A DNA stretch of 64,000 nt, taken from the NCBI GenBank assembly GCA_016704535.1, contig JADIZZ010000007.1, positions 223,866 through 287,865 of the forward strand. Direction: 5' to 3'. Shown here piece by piece: positions 32,820 through 42,924 of the stretch. Numbering within the stretch: the first letter of the stretch is position 1; the number at the start of each line of letters is the position of its first letter. The DNA comes from Betaproteobacteria bacterium. GTDB lineage: Bacteria > Pseudomonadota > Gammaproteobacteria > Burkholderiales > Burkholderiaceae_C. Under the pieces are notes generated by a model. It made no database searches. It was not told the origin of the DNA and saw nothing but the letters and a program-made list of their open reading frames with translations. The translations under genes were made by a program, and so were the position numbers.

Positions 32820-33719
32820 TCAGCGCCCGTGGATTTCGGTGAGCATGCGGTCCACCCCCAGTTGCCAGTGCGGCAGGTGCAGCCCGAAGGCGGCCTGCAG
32901 CCGCGCCGTCGACAGCCGCGAGTTCAGCGGCCGGGCCGCGGGGGTCGGGTAGGCGCTGGTGGGGATGGCGTGGATGGCGTCGGGTGCCACCTTGATGGCC
33001 TGCCCATGGGCGCGTGCCCATTCGATGACGTGACGCGCGTAGCCGTGCCAGTTCGTCTCGCCGCCGGCCACGCAGTGGTAGGTGCCGCCGAGTTCGGGCC
33101 GGGCGCGCACGCGGCCGATGGCGTGCGCCGTCACGTCGGCCAGCAGTTCGGCGCCGGTGGGTGCGCCGAACTGGTCGGCGATGACGTTCAGCGTCTCGCG
33201 TTCGGCCGCCAGGCGCAACATGGTGCGGGCGAAGTTGCCGCCGCGTGCGGCGTAAACCCAGCTCGTGCGCAGGATGAGGTGGCTGCAGCCGCTGGCACGG
33301 ATGAGTTGCTCGCCTTCGAGCTTGGTGCGGCCGTAGACGCTGAGCGGGCCCGTCGGCGCGTTTTCGTCGCGGGCGTGGTTGCCGCTGCCGTCGAAGACGT
33401 AGTCGGTGCTGTAGTGGACGAGCAGTGCACCGCGCTTCTTGGCTTCCTCGGCAACGACGCCGGGCGCGGTGGCGTTGAGGGCACGCGCGAAATCGGGCTC
33501 GCTCTCGGCCTTGTCGACCGCGGTGTGTGCGGCCGAGTTGACGATGACGTCCGGCGCCACTGCGCGGATCAGCGCACGCAGCGACTCCGGTTGCGAGAAG
33601 TCGGCCTTCAGTGCACCCGGGCTGTCGAAGTCGCAGCCGACCAGTTCACCCAGCGGCGCCAGCGCACGCTGCAGTTCCCAGCCGACCTGGCCGTTCTGGC
33701 CCACCAGCAGGATCTTCAT
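32820..33719 (-). CDS. rfbD: dTDP-4-dehydrorhamnose reductase
   Basis: Tail of ORF 32820..33782. [20 protein letters not shown]; ATGA overlap with rfbB. Confidence 0.92.
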   Translation of the reverse strand: MKILLVGQNGQVGWELQRALAPLGELVGCDFDSPGALKADFSQPESLRALIRAVAPDVIVNSAAHTAVDKAESEPDFARALNATAPGVVAEEAKKRGALLVHYSTDYVFDGSGNHARDENAPTGPLSVYGRTKLEGEQLIRASGCSHLILRTSWVYAARGGNFARTMLRLAAERETLNVIADQFGAPTGAELLADVTAHAIGRVRARPELGGTYHCVAGGETNWHGYARHVIEWARAHGQAIKVAPDAIHAIPTSAYPTPAARPLNSRLSTARLQAAFGLHLPHWQLGVDRMLTEIHGR

Positions 33720-34777
33720 CGTGCGCTGTAGTTCGTCGACAGCCACTCGCGATAACCGCCGCTCTGCACGTTCGCCACCCAATCCGCGTGGTCGAGATAC
33801 CAGCGAACGGTCTTGCGGATGCCGGTGTCGAAGGTCTCGGCCGGGCGCCAGCCGAGTTCGCGCTCGATCTTGCGGGCATCGATGGCGTAGCGGCGGTCGT
33901 GGCCGGGGCGGTCCTTCACGTAGGTGATGAGCCGTGCGTAGGGGCCTTCTCCGCTGGGCCGCAGTTCGTCGAGCAGCGCGCAGACCGTCAGCACGATCTC
34001 CTTGTTCGTCTTCTCGTTCCAGCCGCCGATGTTGTAGGTCTCGCCGAGGCGGCCACGTGCCAGCACTTCGCGGATGGCGCTGCAGTGGTCACCGACGTAG
34101 AGCCAGTCGCGCACCTGCTGGCCGTCGCCGTAGATCGGCAGCGGCTTGCCGGCCAGGGCGTTGACGATCATCAGTGGGATCAGCTTTTCCGGGAAGTGGA
34201 AGGGCCCGTAGTTGTTGCTGCAGTTGGTGGTGACCACCGGCAGGCCGTAGGTGTGGTGCCAGGCGCGCACGAGGTGGTCGCTGGCGGCCTTGCTGGCGCT
34301 GTAGGGGCTGTTGGGCTCGTAGGGGTGGGTCTCGGTGAAGGCGGGCGCGTTGGGGGACAGGCTGCCATAGACCTCGTCGGTGCTGACATGGTGGAAGCGG
34401 AAGGCGGCCTTCGCGTGATCGTCCAGCGTGTTCCAGTGGGCCCGCGTCGCTTCGAGCAGCGTGAACGTGCCGTCGACGTTGGTCTTCATGAAGGCGCCGG
34501 GGCCGTGGATGCTGCGGTCGACGTGGCTTTCGGCGGCGAAGTGCAGCACGGCGCGCGGTTGGTGTTCGGCCAGCAGGCGGTCGAGCAACGGGCGGTCGCA
34601 GATGTCGCCGTGCACGAACACGTGGCGGGCATTGCCCTGCAGCGCAGCCAGGTTCTGCAGGTTGCCGGCGTAGGTGAGGGCGTCGAGGTTGACGACAGGC
34701 TCGTCGCTCTGCGCCAGCCAGTCGAGCACGAAGTTGCTGCCGATGAAGCCGGCGCCGCCGGTGACGAGGATGGTCAC
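33716..34777 (-). CDS. rfbB: dTDP-glucose 4,6-dehydratase
   Basis: (M)[16 protein letters not shown]...[15 protein letters not shown] (YxxxK). Confidence 0.96.
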   Translation of the reverse strand: MTILVTGGAGFIGSNFVLDWLAQSDEPVVNLDALTYAGNLQNLAALQGNARHVFVHGDICDRPLLDRLLAEHQPRAVLHFAAESHVDRSIHGPGAFMKTNVDGTFTLLEATRAHWNTLDDHAKAAFRFHHVSTDEVYGSLSPNAPAFTETHPYEPNSPYSASKAASDHLVRAWHHTYGLPVVTTNCSNNYGPFHFPEKLIPLMIVNALAGKPLPIYGDGQQVRDWLYVGDHCSAIREVLARGRLGETYNIGGWNEKTNKEIVLTVCALLDELRPSGEGPYARLITYVKDRPGHDRRYAIDARKIERELGWRPAETFDTGIRKTVRWYLDHADWVANVQSGGYREWLSTNYSAR

Positions 34778-34778
34778 G

Positions 34779-36203
34779 TCACGTTCTCCCGTAGGTATCT
34801 TCGAAGCGCACGATGTCGTCCTCGCCCAGGTAGCTGCCCGACTGCACCTCGATGATCTCCAGCGGCAGCTTGCCCGGGTTGGCCAGGCGGTGCGTCTGGC
34901 CCAGCGGGATGTAGGTGCTCTGGTTCTCGGTCAGCATGATGACCTTGTCGCCGTTGGTCACCTCTGCGGTGCCGCTGACGACGATCCAGTGTTCGGCGCG
35001 GTGGTGGTGCATCTGCAGGCTGAGCGAAGCGCCCGGCTTGACCATGATGCGCTTCACCTGATGGCGCGGCCCGCTGTCGATGCTGTCGTACCAACCCCAG
35101 GGCCGGTGCACCTTGCGGTGCAGCACCTGTTCGCCGCGCTGTTCGCGGCCCAGGCGGTTGACGATGGTCTTCACGTCCTGGCTCTTCTCGCGGCTGGCCA
35201 CCAGCACGGCGTCGGGCGTCTCCACCACCACCACGTCGTCCAGGCCCACCACGCCCACGAGGCGGCTGGTGGCGTGCACCAGGGTGTTGCGGCTGTCGGT
35301 GACGATGGCGTCGCCCACGCTGGCGTTGCCCGCCGCGTCCTTCTCGGCCACCTGCCACACGGCGTCCCAGGCGCCCAGGTCGTTCCAGCCGGCGTCCAGC
35401 GCCTGCATGCGGATATCGAGCACGCCCGGGCACTTTTCCATCACCGCGTAGTCGACCGATTCACTCGGCACGGCGGAAAACTCGGCCTTGCCCGGGCGGA
35501 TGAACTTCGCATCGCTGCGGCGAGCGGTCCAGGCCGTGCGGCAGGACGCGGCGATATCGGGGCGGAAGCGCTCGAGGGCTGCCATCCAGACGGACGCCTT
35601 CATCACGAACATGCCGGCATTCCAGTAGTAGCCGCCGCAGGCCAGATACTTCTCGGCCGTGGCCAGGTCGGGTTTCTCGACGAATTCCGCCACGCGTGCG
35701 CCGTCGGCGCGGATGTAGCCGTAGCCTGTCTCGGGCCGATCGGGCGTAATCCCCAGTACCGTCAGCGCGCCTTCGGCGGCCATCGCCACGGCGTTGCGCA
35801 GCGCCTGGGTGAAGGCCGCCGTGTCGGTGACGGTCTGGTCGGCCGAGGTGACGACCAGCACCGGGTCGCCGCCACCCTCCAGCGCCTGCAGCGCAGCCAG
35901 CGTGAGCGCCGGCGCGGTGTTGCGCCCCACCGGTTCCAGCAGCACCGCTTCCGGCTCGATCTTCACTTCACGCAGTTGGTCCAGCACCAGGAAACGGTGC
36001 TCTTCGTTGCCCACCACCACCGGTGCGGCCACGTCCAGCTGCGCATCGCTCAATCCCTGTAGCCGCGCCGCGGCTTGCTGGAACAGGCTGGTGTTGCCCG
36101 ACAGCACGAGGAACTGCTTCGGAAAGCCGGCACGCGACAGCGGCCACAGCCGCGTGCCTGACCCGCCGGCCATGATCACGGGTTGCACCTTGATCGAGTT
36201 CAT
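34779..36203 (-). CDS. manC: mannose-1-phosphate guanylyltransferase / mannose-6-phosphate isomerase
   Basis: Last 474 codons of ORF 34779..37796. [31 protein letters not shown] and a C-terminal cupin, [38 protein letters not shown]. Confidence 0.93.
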   Translation of the reverse strand: MNSIKVQPVIMAGGSGTRLWPLSRAGFPKQFLVLSGNTSLFQQAAARLQGLSDAQLDVAAPVVVGNEEHRFLVLDQLREVKIEPEAVLLEPVGRNTAPALTLAALQALEGGGDPVLVVTSADQTVTDTAAFTQALRNAVAMAAEGALTVLGITPDRPETGYGYIRADGARVAEFVEKPDLATAEKYLACGGYYWNAGMFVMKASVWMAALERFRPDIAASCRTAWTARRSDAKFIRPGKAEFSAVPSESVDYAVMEKCPGVLDIRMQALDAGWNDLGAWDAVWQVAEKDAAGNASVGDAIVTDSRNTLVHATSRLVGVVGLDDVVVVETPDAVLVASREKSQDVKTIVNRLGREQRGEQVLHRKVHRPWGWYDSIDSGPRHQVKRIMVKPGASLSLQMHHHRAEHWIVVSGTAEVTNGDKVIMLTENQSTYIPLGQTHRLANPGKLPLEIIEVQSGSYLGEDDIVRFEDTYGRT

Positions 36204-37219
36204 GCTTCGAAGCCTTTCGGGTTCATCGATTGCCAGCGCCAGCTGTCGGCGCACATGCGGTCCAGGTCGTGCCGGGCCTGCCAGCCCAGCAGACGCTGCG
36301 CCAGCGCCGGGTCGGCATAGCAGGCGGCCACGTCGCCGGGGCGCCGCGCCACCACTTCGTAAGGCACGGCGCGCCCACTCGCGGCGGCGTAGGCGCGCAC
36401 CAGCTCGAGCACGCTGTAGCCGCGGCCGGTGCCGAGGTTGACGGTGAACGAGCCCGGTGCGTCGAGCAGCCGCCGCAGCGCCGCGACATGACCTTCGGCC
36501 AGGTCGACGACGTGGATGTAGTCGCGCACGCCGGTGCCGTCGGGCGTGGCGTAGTCGTCGCCGAAGACCTGCAGCTTGGCGCGCCGGCCCACGGCCACCT
36601 GGGCCACGTAGGGCATCAGGTTGTTCGGTGTGCCGCGCGGGTCTTCGCCGATGCGGCCGCTCTCGTGCGCGCCCACCGGGTTGAAGTAGCGCAGACAGGC
36701 GGTCTGCCAGGAGGCATCCGCAGCGCCCAGGTCGCGCAGCATCTGCTCGCCCATCAGCTTGGTCTGGCCGTAGGGGTTGGTGGCCGACAAGGGAGCTTTT
36801 TCGGTGATGGGCAGCGCAGCCGGGTCGCCGTAGACGGTGGCGCTGGAGCTGAACACGAAGCGCCTGCAGCCACGCTGCTGCATGGTGCGGCACACGGTGA
36901 GCAGCCCGCCGAGGTTGTTGGCGTAGTAGTCCAGCGGCTTGGCCGTCGATTCGCCCACGGCCTTGTAGGCCGCGAAGTGCACGGCGGCGTCGATGCGGTG
37001 ACGGTCGAACACGGCGGTCATCGCCGCCGCGTCGTTGACGTCGACGCGTTCGAACACCGGTTCGGTGCCCGACAGCTCGCGCAGCCGGTTCAGCACCTCG
37101 GGTGAACTGTTGCTGAAGTTGTCGACACCCACGACGTCGAAGCCAGCCGCCTGCAGCGCCAACCAGGTGTGCGAGGCGATGTAGCCGGTGGCGCCGGTCA
37201 GCAGGATTTTGGGTGTCAT
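36200..37219 (-). CDS. galE: UDP-glucose 4-epimerase
   Basis: ILLTGATGYIASH...NPYGQTKLMGE; ATGA overlap with manC. Confidence 0.92.
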   Translation of the reverse strand: MTPKILLTGATGYIASHTWLALQAAGFDVVGVDNFSNSSPEVLNRLRELSGTEPVFERVDVNDAAAMTAVFDRHRIDAAVHFAAYKAVGESTAKPLDYYANNLGGLLTVCRTMQQRGCRRFVFSSSATVYGDPAALPITEKAPLSATNPYGQTKLMGEQMLRDLGAADASWQTACLRYFNPVGAHESGRIGEDPRGTPNNLMPYVAQVAVGRRAKLQVFGDDYATPDGTGVRDYIHVVDLAEGHVAALRRLLDAPGSFTVNLGTGRGYSVLELVRAYAAASGRAVPYEVVARRPGDVAACYADPALAQRLLGWQARHDLDRMCADSWRWQSMNPKGFEA

Positions 37220-37364
37220 GCGCGTGTGCTCTGGGGAAGGCGAATCGTATTCGACGCATGCCGGCGTTCGTCCCCGTGTCGCCGGACTGGCCTCGTCGCC
37301 CCGCAGGTTGTCGTGGCATGCTGCACACGGCCCTCTCCACAGGGCGCCTGCCTACAATCAGGCC

Positions 37365-37895
37365 ATGCTTCAAAGTCTCCAAACCCTGCTGGCCCCGGCC
37401 TTGGCCGAGCGTCTGACGCTCGTCATCAACCACGTTCTCAGCGGCGAGCCGGTCGCCACCGAACGGCTGCGTCCGCACGCCGGCCGGACGATGTCGCTGG
37501 TGCTGAACGATTGGCCGCGCCTGCTGCCGGCGCCGCCGGCTCTGGCGTGGCGGGTCACGCCGGCCGGCCTGCTGGAGTGGTGCGGCCTGGACGGCGCGCC
37601 CGAGCCCGACCTGGCGGTGCAGATCGACGCCGGCAACCCGGCGCTGCTGGTGGCGCGGGCCCTGGGTGGCACGCCGCCACAGGTGCAGATCGACGGCGAC
37701 GCGCAGCTCGCCGGCGACGTCAACTGGCTGCTGCTGAACCTGCGTTGGGACGTCGAGGCCGACCTGGAGCGCCTGTTCGGCCCCGTGGTGGCTCACCAGC
37801 TGTACAAGCTGGGCTCGGCCGTGGCCGCCGCGCTGCGCGTGGCGTTGAAGACCGCCGCGCAGCTGGGCGAGCGGCTGCGCTCGCGCTCGACGTGA
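37365..37895 (+). CDS. ubiJ: ubiquinone biosynthesis accessory factor UbiJ (SCP2-like)
   Basis: Tail of ORF 37188..37895. [25 protein letters not shown]...[15 protein letters not shown]; lies directly upstream of ubiB. Confidence 0.75.
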   Translation: MLQSLQTLLAPALAERLTLVINHVLSGEPVATERLRPHAGRTMSLVLNDWPRLLPAPPALAWRVTPAGLLEWCGLDGAPEPDLAVQIDAGNPALLVARALGGTPPQVQIDGDAQLAGDVNWLLLNLRWDVEADLERLFGPVVAHQLYKLGSAVAAALRVALKTAAQLGERLRSRST

Positions 37896-37926
37896 GCCCA
37901 GGCGCCAGGCGCCTGCAGGGGCGCTG

Positions 37927-39480
37927 ATGAGGCATTACGGACGGCTGGTGACCATCGTGGTCACCGTCCTGCGCTTCGGCCTCGACGAGGTGGCGCTGTC
38001 GTCCTTCCGCCAGCGTTGGGTGCGTGCGTTGGTGCGCATCGCCACCATCGGCCGCCGCCTCGACGCACCGCGCGGCGAGCGCCTGCGCCGGGGCCTGGAG
38101 CGCCTGGGGCCGATCTTCGTCAAGTTCGGCCAGATGATGTCGACGCGGCGCGACGTCATCCCGCGCGACGTCGCCGACGAGCTGGCCAGCCTGCAGGACA
38201 ACGTGCCGCCTTTCCCGGCCGCGGTCTCGCGCGCACTGGTCGAGAAGGCCTTCGGCCGCCGCATCGACGAGGTCTTCGAGAGCTTCGACGCCGAGCCGGT
38301 GGCCAGTGCGTCGATCGCCCAGGTGCACTTCGCCGTGCTGAGGGGCGGGCGCGAGGTCGCGGTGAAGGTGCTGCGCCCGCGCATGCTCGACATCATCGAC
38401 CAGGACCTGGCGCTGCTGCACCTGCTCGCGCGCTGGGTCGAGCGGCTGTCGGCCGACGCGCGGCGGCTCAAGCTGCGCGAGGTGGTGGCCGAGTTCGACG
38501 GTCACCTGCACGACGAACTCGACCTCGTCCGCGAGGCCGCCAACGCCTCGCAGCTGCGCACGAACATGGACGGTCTGAACCTCGTGCTGGTGCCCGAGAT
38601 GGTGTGGGCGCTGTGCACCCCGGGCGTGCTGGTGATGGAGCGCATGAAGGGCGTGCCCATCAGCCAGATCGAGCGCATAGGCGCCGCCGGCGTCGACATC
38701 AAGAAGCTGGCGCGCGACGGCGTGACGATCTTCTTCAACCAGGTCTTCCGAGACGGTTTCTTCCACGGCGACATGCACCCCGGGAACATCCAGGTCAGCC
38801 TGGAGCCCCGGACCTTCGGCCGCTACATCGCGCTGGACTTCGGCATCGTGGGCACGCTGAGCGAAAGCGACAAGGAGTACCTTGCCTACAACCTGCTGGC
38901 CTTCTTCAGGCGCGACTACCGGCGCGTGGTCGAGTTGCACGTGGAAGCGGGCTGGGTGCCACCGGATGTGCGTGTCGACGCGCTGGAAGCCGCCATCCGC
39001 ACGGTGTGCGAGCCGATGTTCGACCGCCCGCTGCGCGAGATCTCGCTCGGCCAGGTGCTGCTGCGCCTGTTCCAGACCTCGCGGCGCTTCAACGTCGAGG
39101 TCCAGCCGCAACTGGTGCTGCTGCAGAAGACCTTGCTGAACGTCGAGGGCCTGGGGCGCGAGCTCGACCCGGAGCTCGACCTGTGGACCACCGCCAAGCC
39201 CTTCCTGGAGCGCTGGATGAACGACCAGGTAGGCTTGCGCGGCCTGCTGCGGCGCATGGAGCGCGAAGCGCCGGCCTACTCGAAGATGCTGCCGCAGTTG
39301 CCGCGCCTGCTGCACCGTGCGCTGCAGCGTCAGGGCGAGCCGGGCGAGAGTGCCGCGCTGCTGGCGCTGCTGGCGGAGCAGCGTCGCACGAATCGCCTGC
39401 TGCAGGCCGTGCTGTGGGCGCTGGCGGGCTTCGTCGGCGGCGTGCTGCTGACCCGCTTCTTCTTCACCTGGGCCGGCTAG
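37927..39480 (+). CDS. ubiB: ubiquinone biosynthesis regulatory protein kinase UbiB (ABC1 family)
   Basis: [36 protein letters not shown]; C-terminal TM segments. Confidence 0.95.
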   Translation: MRHYGRLVTIVVTVLRFGLDEVALSSFRQRWVRALVRIATIGRRLDAPRGERLRRGLERLGPIFVKFGQMMSTRRDVIPRDVADELASLQDNVPPFPAAVSRALVEKAFGRRIDEVFESFDAEPVASASIAQVHFAVLRGGREVAVKVLRPRMLDIIDQDLALLHLLARWVERLSADARRLKLREVVAEFDGHLHDELDLVREAANASQLRTNMDGLNLVLVPEMVWALCTPGVLVMERMKGVPISQIERIGAAGVDIKKLARDGVTIFFNQVFRDGFFHGDMHPGNIQVSLEPRTFGRYIALDFGIVGTLSESDKEYLAYNLLAFFRRDYRRVVELHVEAGWVPPDVRVDALEAAIRTVCEPMFDRPLREISLGQVLLRLFQTSRRFNVEVQPQLVLLQKTLLNVEGLGRELDPELDLWTTAKPFLERWMNDQVGLRGLLRRMEREAPAYSKMLPQLPRLLHRALQRQGEPGESAALLALLAEQRRTNRLLQAVLWALAGFVGGVLLTRFFFTWAG

Positions 39481-39590
39481 AGGCCACGCGCCCGACGTCG
39501 GGCGACTACAATTCCACCTTTTTAATCAATGGTTTAGCTCCGGCCTGACTTGTACGCAAGTTAGCCCTCACCGCAACTTTGTTGAAAGCC

Positions 39591-39959
39591 ATGCCCATCT
39601 ACGCCTACCGCTGCACCAGCTGCGGCCACGCGCAGGACGTGCTGCAGAAGATCTCGGACCCGGTGCTCACCGTGTGCCCGGCCTGCGGTGCGGCCAGCTA
39701 CGCCAAGCAGGTCACTGCGGCGGGTTTCCAGCTCAAGGGTTCGGGTTGGTACGTCACCGACTTCCGCGGCGGCAGCAAACCCGATGGCGATGCAGCCAAG
39801 ACCACCGAGACGTCGGGCGGCAAACCCGGCGAAAGCGCCGCTCCGGCCAAACCCGTCACCGATGCCAAGCCGGCTGCGGCCCCTGCACCGACCGCCGCGG
39901 CGCCGGCGCCAAGCCCCAGCTCTAGCCCCGGCCCAGGTTCCAGCACCAGCTCGAGCTGA
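39591..39959 (+). CDS. FmdB-family zinc-ribbon protein
   Basis: MPIYAYRCTSCGH...CPACG, then a low-complexity Ala/Pro/Ser tail. Confidence 0.85.
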   Translation: MPIYAYRCTSCGHAQDVLQKISDPVLTVCPACGAASYAKQVTAAGFQLKGSGWYVTDFRGGSKPDGDAAKTTETSGGKPGESAAPAKPVTDAKPAAAPAPTAAAPAPSPSSSPGPGSSTSSS

Positions 39960-40012
39960 AGCGACCAGGCCCCACACTCTTTCCAGACGCGCCCCGGCAC
40001 GCTTTAGCTTCC

Positions 40013-40672
40013 GTGAAGAAATACCTCGTCGCCGGCCTGCTGGTCTGGCTGCCCCTGGCCATCACCATCTGGGTGCTTTCCTGGCTGCTCGGCGCGATGG
40101 ACGGCGTCTTCGCGTCGCTGCTGTCGGCCACGCAGGCTGTACTGCCCGAATCGACGCGCGAAGGCCTCGACCGCCTGCGCCACGTGCCTGGCCTGGGCGT
40201 GGTGGTGATGTTGGTGGGCCTGCTGCTGACGGGCGTATTCGCAGCCAACATCGTGGGGCAGTGGTGGCTGCGCCAGTGGGACCGACTGCTGGGCAAGATC
40301 CCCATCGTCAAGAGCATCTACAACTCGGTCAAGCAGGTCTCGGACACGCTGTTCTCGACCAACGGCAACGCCTTCCGCGAAGCCGTGCTGGTGCAGTACC
40401 CGCGCCAGGGCTCGTGGACCATCGCCTTCGTCACCGGCCGGCCCGGCGGCGAAGTGGCTGAACGCCTGCCCGGCGACTACGTCAGCGTCTACGTGCCCAC
40501 CACGCCGAACCCGACCTCGGGCTTCTTTCTGATGATGCCGCGTTCGGACATCCTCGAGCTGAAAATGAGCGTCGACGAGGCGCTGAAGTACGTCATCTCG
40601 ATGGGCGTCGTCGGCCCCGGCGCAGCTTCGGCCCCGTTATTGGCCGCGCCGGCCGGCGCACCCCGAAATTGA
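40013..40672 (+). CDS. DUF502 domain membrane protein
   Basis: GTG start. KKYLVAGLLVWLPLAITIWVLSWLL...IPIVKSIYNSVKQVSD...VPTTPNPTSGF. Confidence 0.85.
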   Translation: MKKYLVAGLLVWLPLAITIWVLSWLLGAMDGVFASLLSATQAVLPESTREGLDRLRHVPGLGVVVMLVGLLLTGVFAANIVGQWWLRQWDRLLGKIPIVKSIYNSVKQVSDTLFSTNGNAFREAVLVQYPRQGSWTIAFVTGRPGGEVAERLPGDYVSVYVPTTPNPTSGFFLMMPRSDILELKMSVDEALKYVISMGVVGPGAASAPLLAAPAGAPRN

Positions 40673-40795
40673 CCGGGCTGGCCCGGCCCGGCAGCCGGCC
40701 AGCCCTGACGGGCCGCACCCCTAGCCCGGGTGCCGCAGCCCGCGCGAGTGCCACCCCCGAACGACTTTCAGCAATCTCCCTTCTGGAGTGAAACG

Positions 40796-42586
40796 ATGAG
40801 AACCACCTACTGTGGTCTGGTCAGCGAGAAGCTGATGGACCAGACCGTCACCCTCATGGGCTGGGCCCACCGTCGCCGCGACCACGGCGGCGTCATCTTC
40901 ATCGACCTGCGCGACCGCGAAGGCCTGGTGCAGATCGTCTGTGACCCCGACCGCGCCGAGATGTTTGCCACCGCCGAAGGCGTGCGCAACGAGTTCTGCC
41001 TGCAGGTCACCGGCAAGGTACGTGCGCGCCCGGCCGGCACCGAGAACGCCAACCTCACCAGCGGCAAGATCGAGGTGCTGTGCCACGAGCTGACGGTGCT
41101 GAACCCCAGCGTCACGCCGCCGTTCCCGCTGGACGACGAGAACCTCAGCGAGACCGTGCGCCTGACGCACCGCGTGCTCGACCTGCGCCGCCCCGAGATG
41201 CAGAAGAACCTGCGCCTGCGCTACCGCGTGGCCATCGAGGTGCGCAAGTTTCTCGACGAGCAGGGCTTCATCGACGTCGAAACGCCGATGCTCACCAAGA
41301 GCACGCCGGAGGGCGCACGCGACTACCTCGTGCCCAGCCGCGTGCACGACGGCCACTTCTTCGCGCTGCCGCAGAGCCCGCAGCTCTTCAAGCAGTTGTT
41401 GATGGTGGCCGGCTTCGACCGCTACTACCAGATCACCAAGTGCTTCCGCGACGAGGACCTGCGTGCCGATCGCCAGCCCGAGTTCACGCAGATCGACATC
41501 GAGACCTCGTTCCTGAACGAAGAGGAGATCCGCGCCATCACCGAGGCCATGATTCGCACCGTGTTTCGCAAGACCATGGGCGTGGAGCTGCCGGTCTACG
41601 CGCAGATGACCTACGCCGAGGCGATGCACAAGTACGGCAGCGACAAGCCCGACCTGCGCGTGAAGCTGGAGCTGACCGAACTCACCGAAGTGATGAAGAC
41701 GGTGGACTTCAAGGTCTTCAGCGGCCCGGCCACCACGGCAGGTGGCCGCGTCGTCGCGCTGCGCGTGCCGGGTGGCGCGGAGATGAGCCGTGGCGAGATC
41801 GACGCCTACACCGAGTTCGTCAAGATCTATGGTGCAAAGGGCCTGGCCTGGATCAAGGTCAACGACGCCGGCAAAGGCCGTGAAGGCCTGCAGAGCCCGG
41901 TGGTGAAGAACCTGCACGACGCGGCTATTCGCCAGATCATCGCGCGCACCGGCGCCTGCAACGGTGACCTGCTGTTCTTCGGCGCCGGCCAGGCCAAGGT
42001 GGTCAACGACGCCATCGGCGCCCTGCGTTTGAAGGTCGGACTGAGCGAGTTCGGCCGCAATCACGGTCTCTTCGAAGACAAGTGGGCGCCGATGTGGGTG
42101 GTCGACTTCCCGATGTTCGAGTACGACGACGACGGCAAGCGCTGGAACGCCGTGCACCACCCGTTCACGGCACCGAAGGACGGCCACGACGAGCTGATGA
42201 AGACCGACCCCGGCGCCTGCATCGCCAAGGCCTACGACATGGTGCTGAACGGCTGGGAGATCGGCGGCGGCTCGGTGCGTATCCACCGCGCCGATGTGCA
42301 GGCGCGCGTCTTCGAGGCGCTGAACATCACGCCGGAAGAGCAGCGCGTGAAGTTCGGCTTCCTGCTCGACGCGCTGCAGTACGGCGCGCCGCCGCATGGC
42401 GGCCTGGCCTTCGGCCTGGACCGCATCGCCACGCTGATGACGGGTGCCGAGAGCATCCGCGACGTGATTGCCTTCCCGAAGACGCAGCGCGCGCAATGCC
42501 TGCTGACCGGGGCGCCGAGCTTCGTCGACGAGACCCAGCTGCGTGAGCTGCACATTCGGCTGAGGAACCCGACGCCGGCGGCCTGA
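40796..42586 (+). CDS. aspS: aspartate--tRNA ligase
   Basis: Tail of ORF 40730..42586. [11 protein letters not shown]...[19 protein letters not shown], class II motifs [18 protein letters not shown] and GGLAFGLDR. Confidence 0.97.
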   Translation: MRTTYCGLVSEKLMDQTVTLMGWAHRRRDHGGVIFIDLRDREGLVQIVCDPDRAEMFATAEGVRNEFCLQVTGKVRARPAGTENANLTSGKIEVLCHELTVLNPSVTPPFPLDDENLSETVRLTHRVLDLRRPEMQKNLRLRYRVAIEVRKFLDEQGFIDVETPMLTKSTPEGARDYLVPSRVHDGHFFALPQSPQLFKQLLMVAGFDRYYQITKCFRDEDLRADRQPEFTQIDIETSFLNEEEIRAITEAMIRTVFRKTMGVELPVYAQMTYAEAMHKYGSDKPDLRVKLELTELTEVMKTVDFKVFSGPATTAGGRVVALRVPGGAEMSRGEIDAYTEFVKIYGAKGLAWIKVNDAGKGREGLQSPVVKNLHDAAIRQIIARTGACNGDLLFFGAGQAKVVNDAIGALRLKVGLSEFGRNHGLFEDKWAPMWVVDFPMFEYDDDGKRWNAVHHPFTAPKDGHDELMKTDPGACIAKAYDMVLNGWEIGGGSVRIHRADVQARVFEALNITPEEQRVKFGFLLDALQYGAPPHGGLAFGLDRIATLMTGAESIRDVIAFPKTQRAQCLLTGAPSFVDETQLRELHIRLRNPTPAA

Positions 42587-42609
42587 ATGGCTGAAATGGC
42601 TAAAATGGC
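42584..42609 (+). repeat. three tandem 8-9 bp repeats T(G/A)A(A)ATGGC immediately upstream of the antitoxin gene
   Basis: tgaatggc / tgaaatggc / taaaatggc, read directly. The third copy contains a TAAAAT -10-like hexamer (42601-42606). Confidence 0.6.
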
Positions 42610-42633
42610 CGGGCTGCCTGCAGGAGCCCGGCC
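42607..42633 (+). promoter_or_regulatory. perfect 9-bp inverted repeat (candidate operator or translational hairpin) abutting the antitoxin start codon
   Basis: ggccgggct (42607-42615) / loop gcctgcagg containing AGGAG / agcccggcc (42625-42633); ATG at 42634. Confidence 0.45.
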
Positions 42634-42909
42634 ATGGACGTCACCGCCACCGAAGCCAAGAACCGTCTCGGACAGATGCTCGAGCATTGCCAGCGCGAGC
42701 CGGTGGTGATCGAGAAGTCGGGCCGCCGGCACAGCGTGCTGATCTCGGCCGCGCAGTACGACGCGCTGGTGGCGGCGGCCGCGCCGGCCTCGGAGGTTGC
42801 GCAGGACCCCGGCCGTGCGTTCTATGCGAAGTACAAGGATTGGGTCGACATGCAGAACGACCTGGTCGAGAAGTACGGCATCCCGGGTGAAGAGTTCCGC
42901 GCCTGGTAG
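42634..42909 (+). CDS. type II antitoxin: Phd/YefM-like N-terminal domain with a CcdA-like C-terminal tail
   Basis: The N-terminus TATEAKNRLGQMLEHCQREPVVIEKSGRRHSVLISAAQYDAL is Phd/YefM-like. The C-terminus WVDMQNDLVEKYGIPGEEFRAW parallels the CcdA-family tail W..EN..AI..YN..VE.HG.FSD.LR.F. Confidence 0.75.
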   Translation: MDVTATEAKNRLGQMLEHCQREPVVIEKSGRRHSVLISAAQYDALVAAAAPASEVAQDPGRAFYAKYKDWVDMQNDLVEKYGIPGEEFRAW

Positions 42910-42924
42910 GCGCGGACGATCACC

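Noticed and set aside
34779-37796. 1,005-aa ORF suggesting a giant ManC fusion; similar 5' extensions at 58568..61807, 60259..62772, 570..2693 and 21764..23185
   Set aside because: Only the 3' portions match known proteins. The 5' extensions run through neighbouring genes (galE, phyH, the TonB receptor, Nif3, ugpB) in other frames or on the other strand. Internal starts with proper N-termini or signal peptides were chosen instead.
39481-39590. AT-richer 110-bp spacer between ubiB and the FmdB gene, as a possible small RNA
   Set aside because: It contains only a short palindrome (cgcccgacgtcgggcg) without a U-tract, and no convincing promoter-plus-terminator pair. It is more simply a promoter or UTR region.
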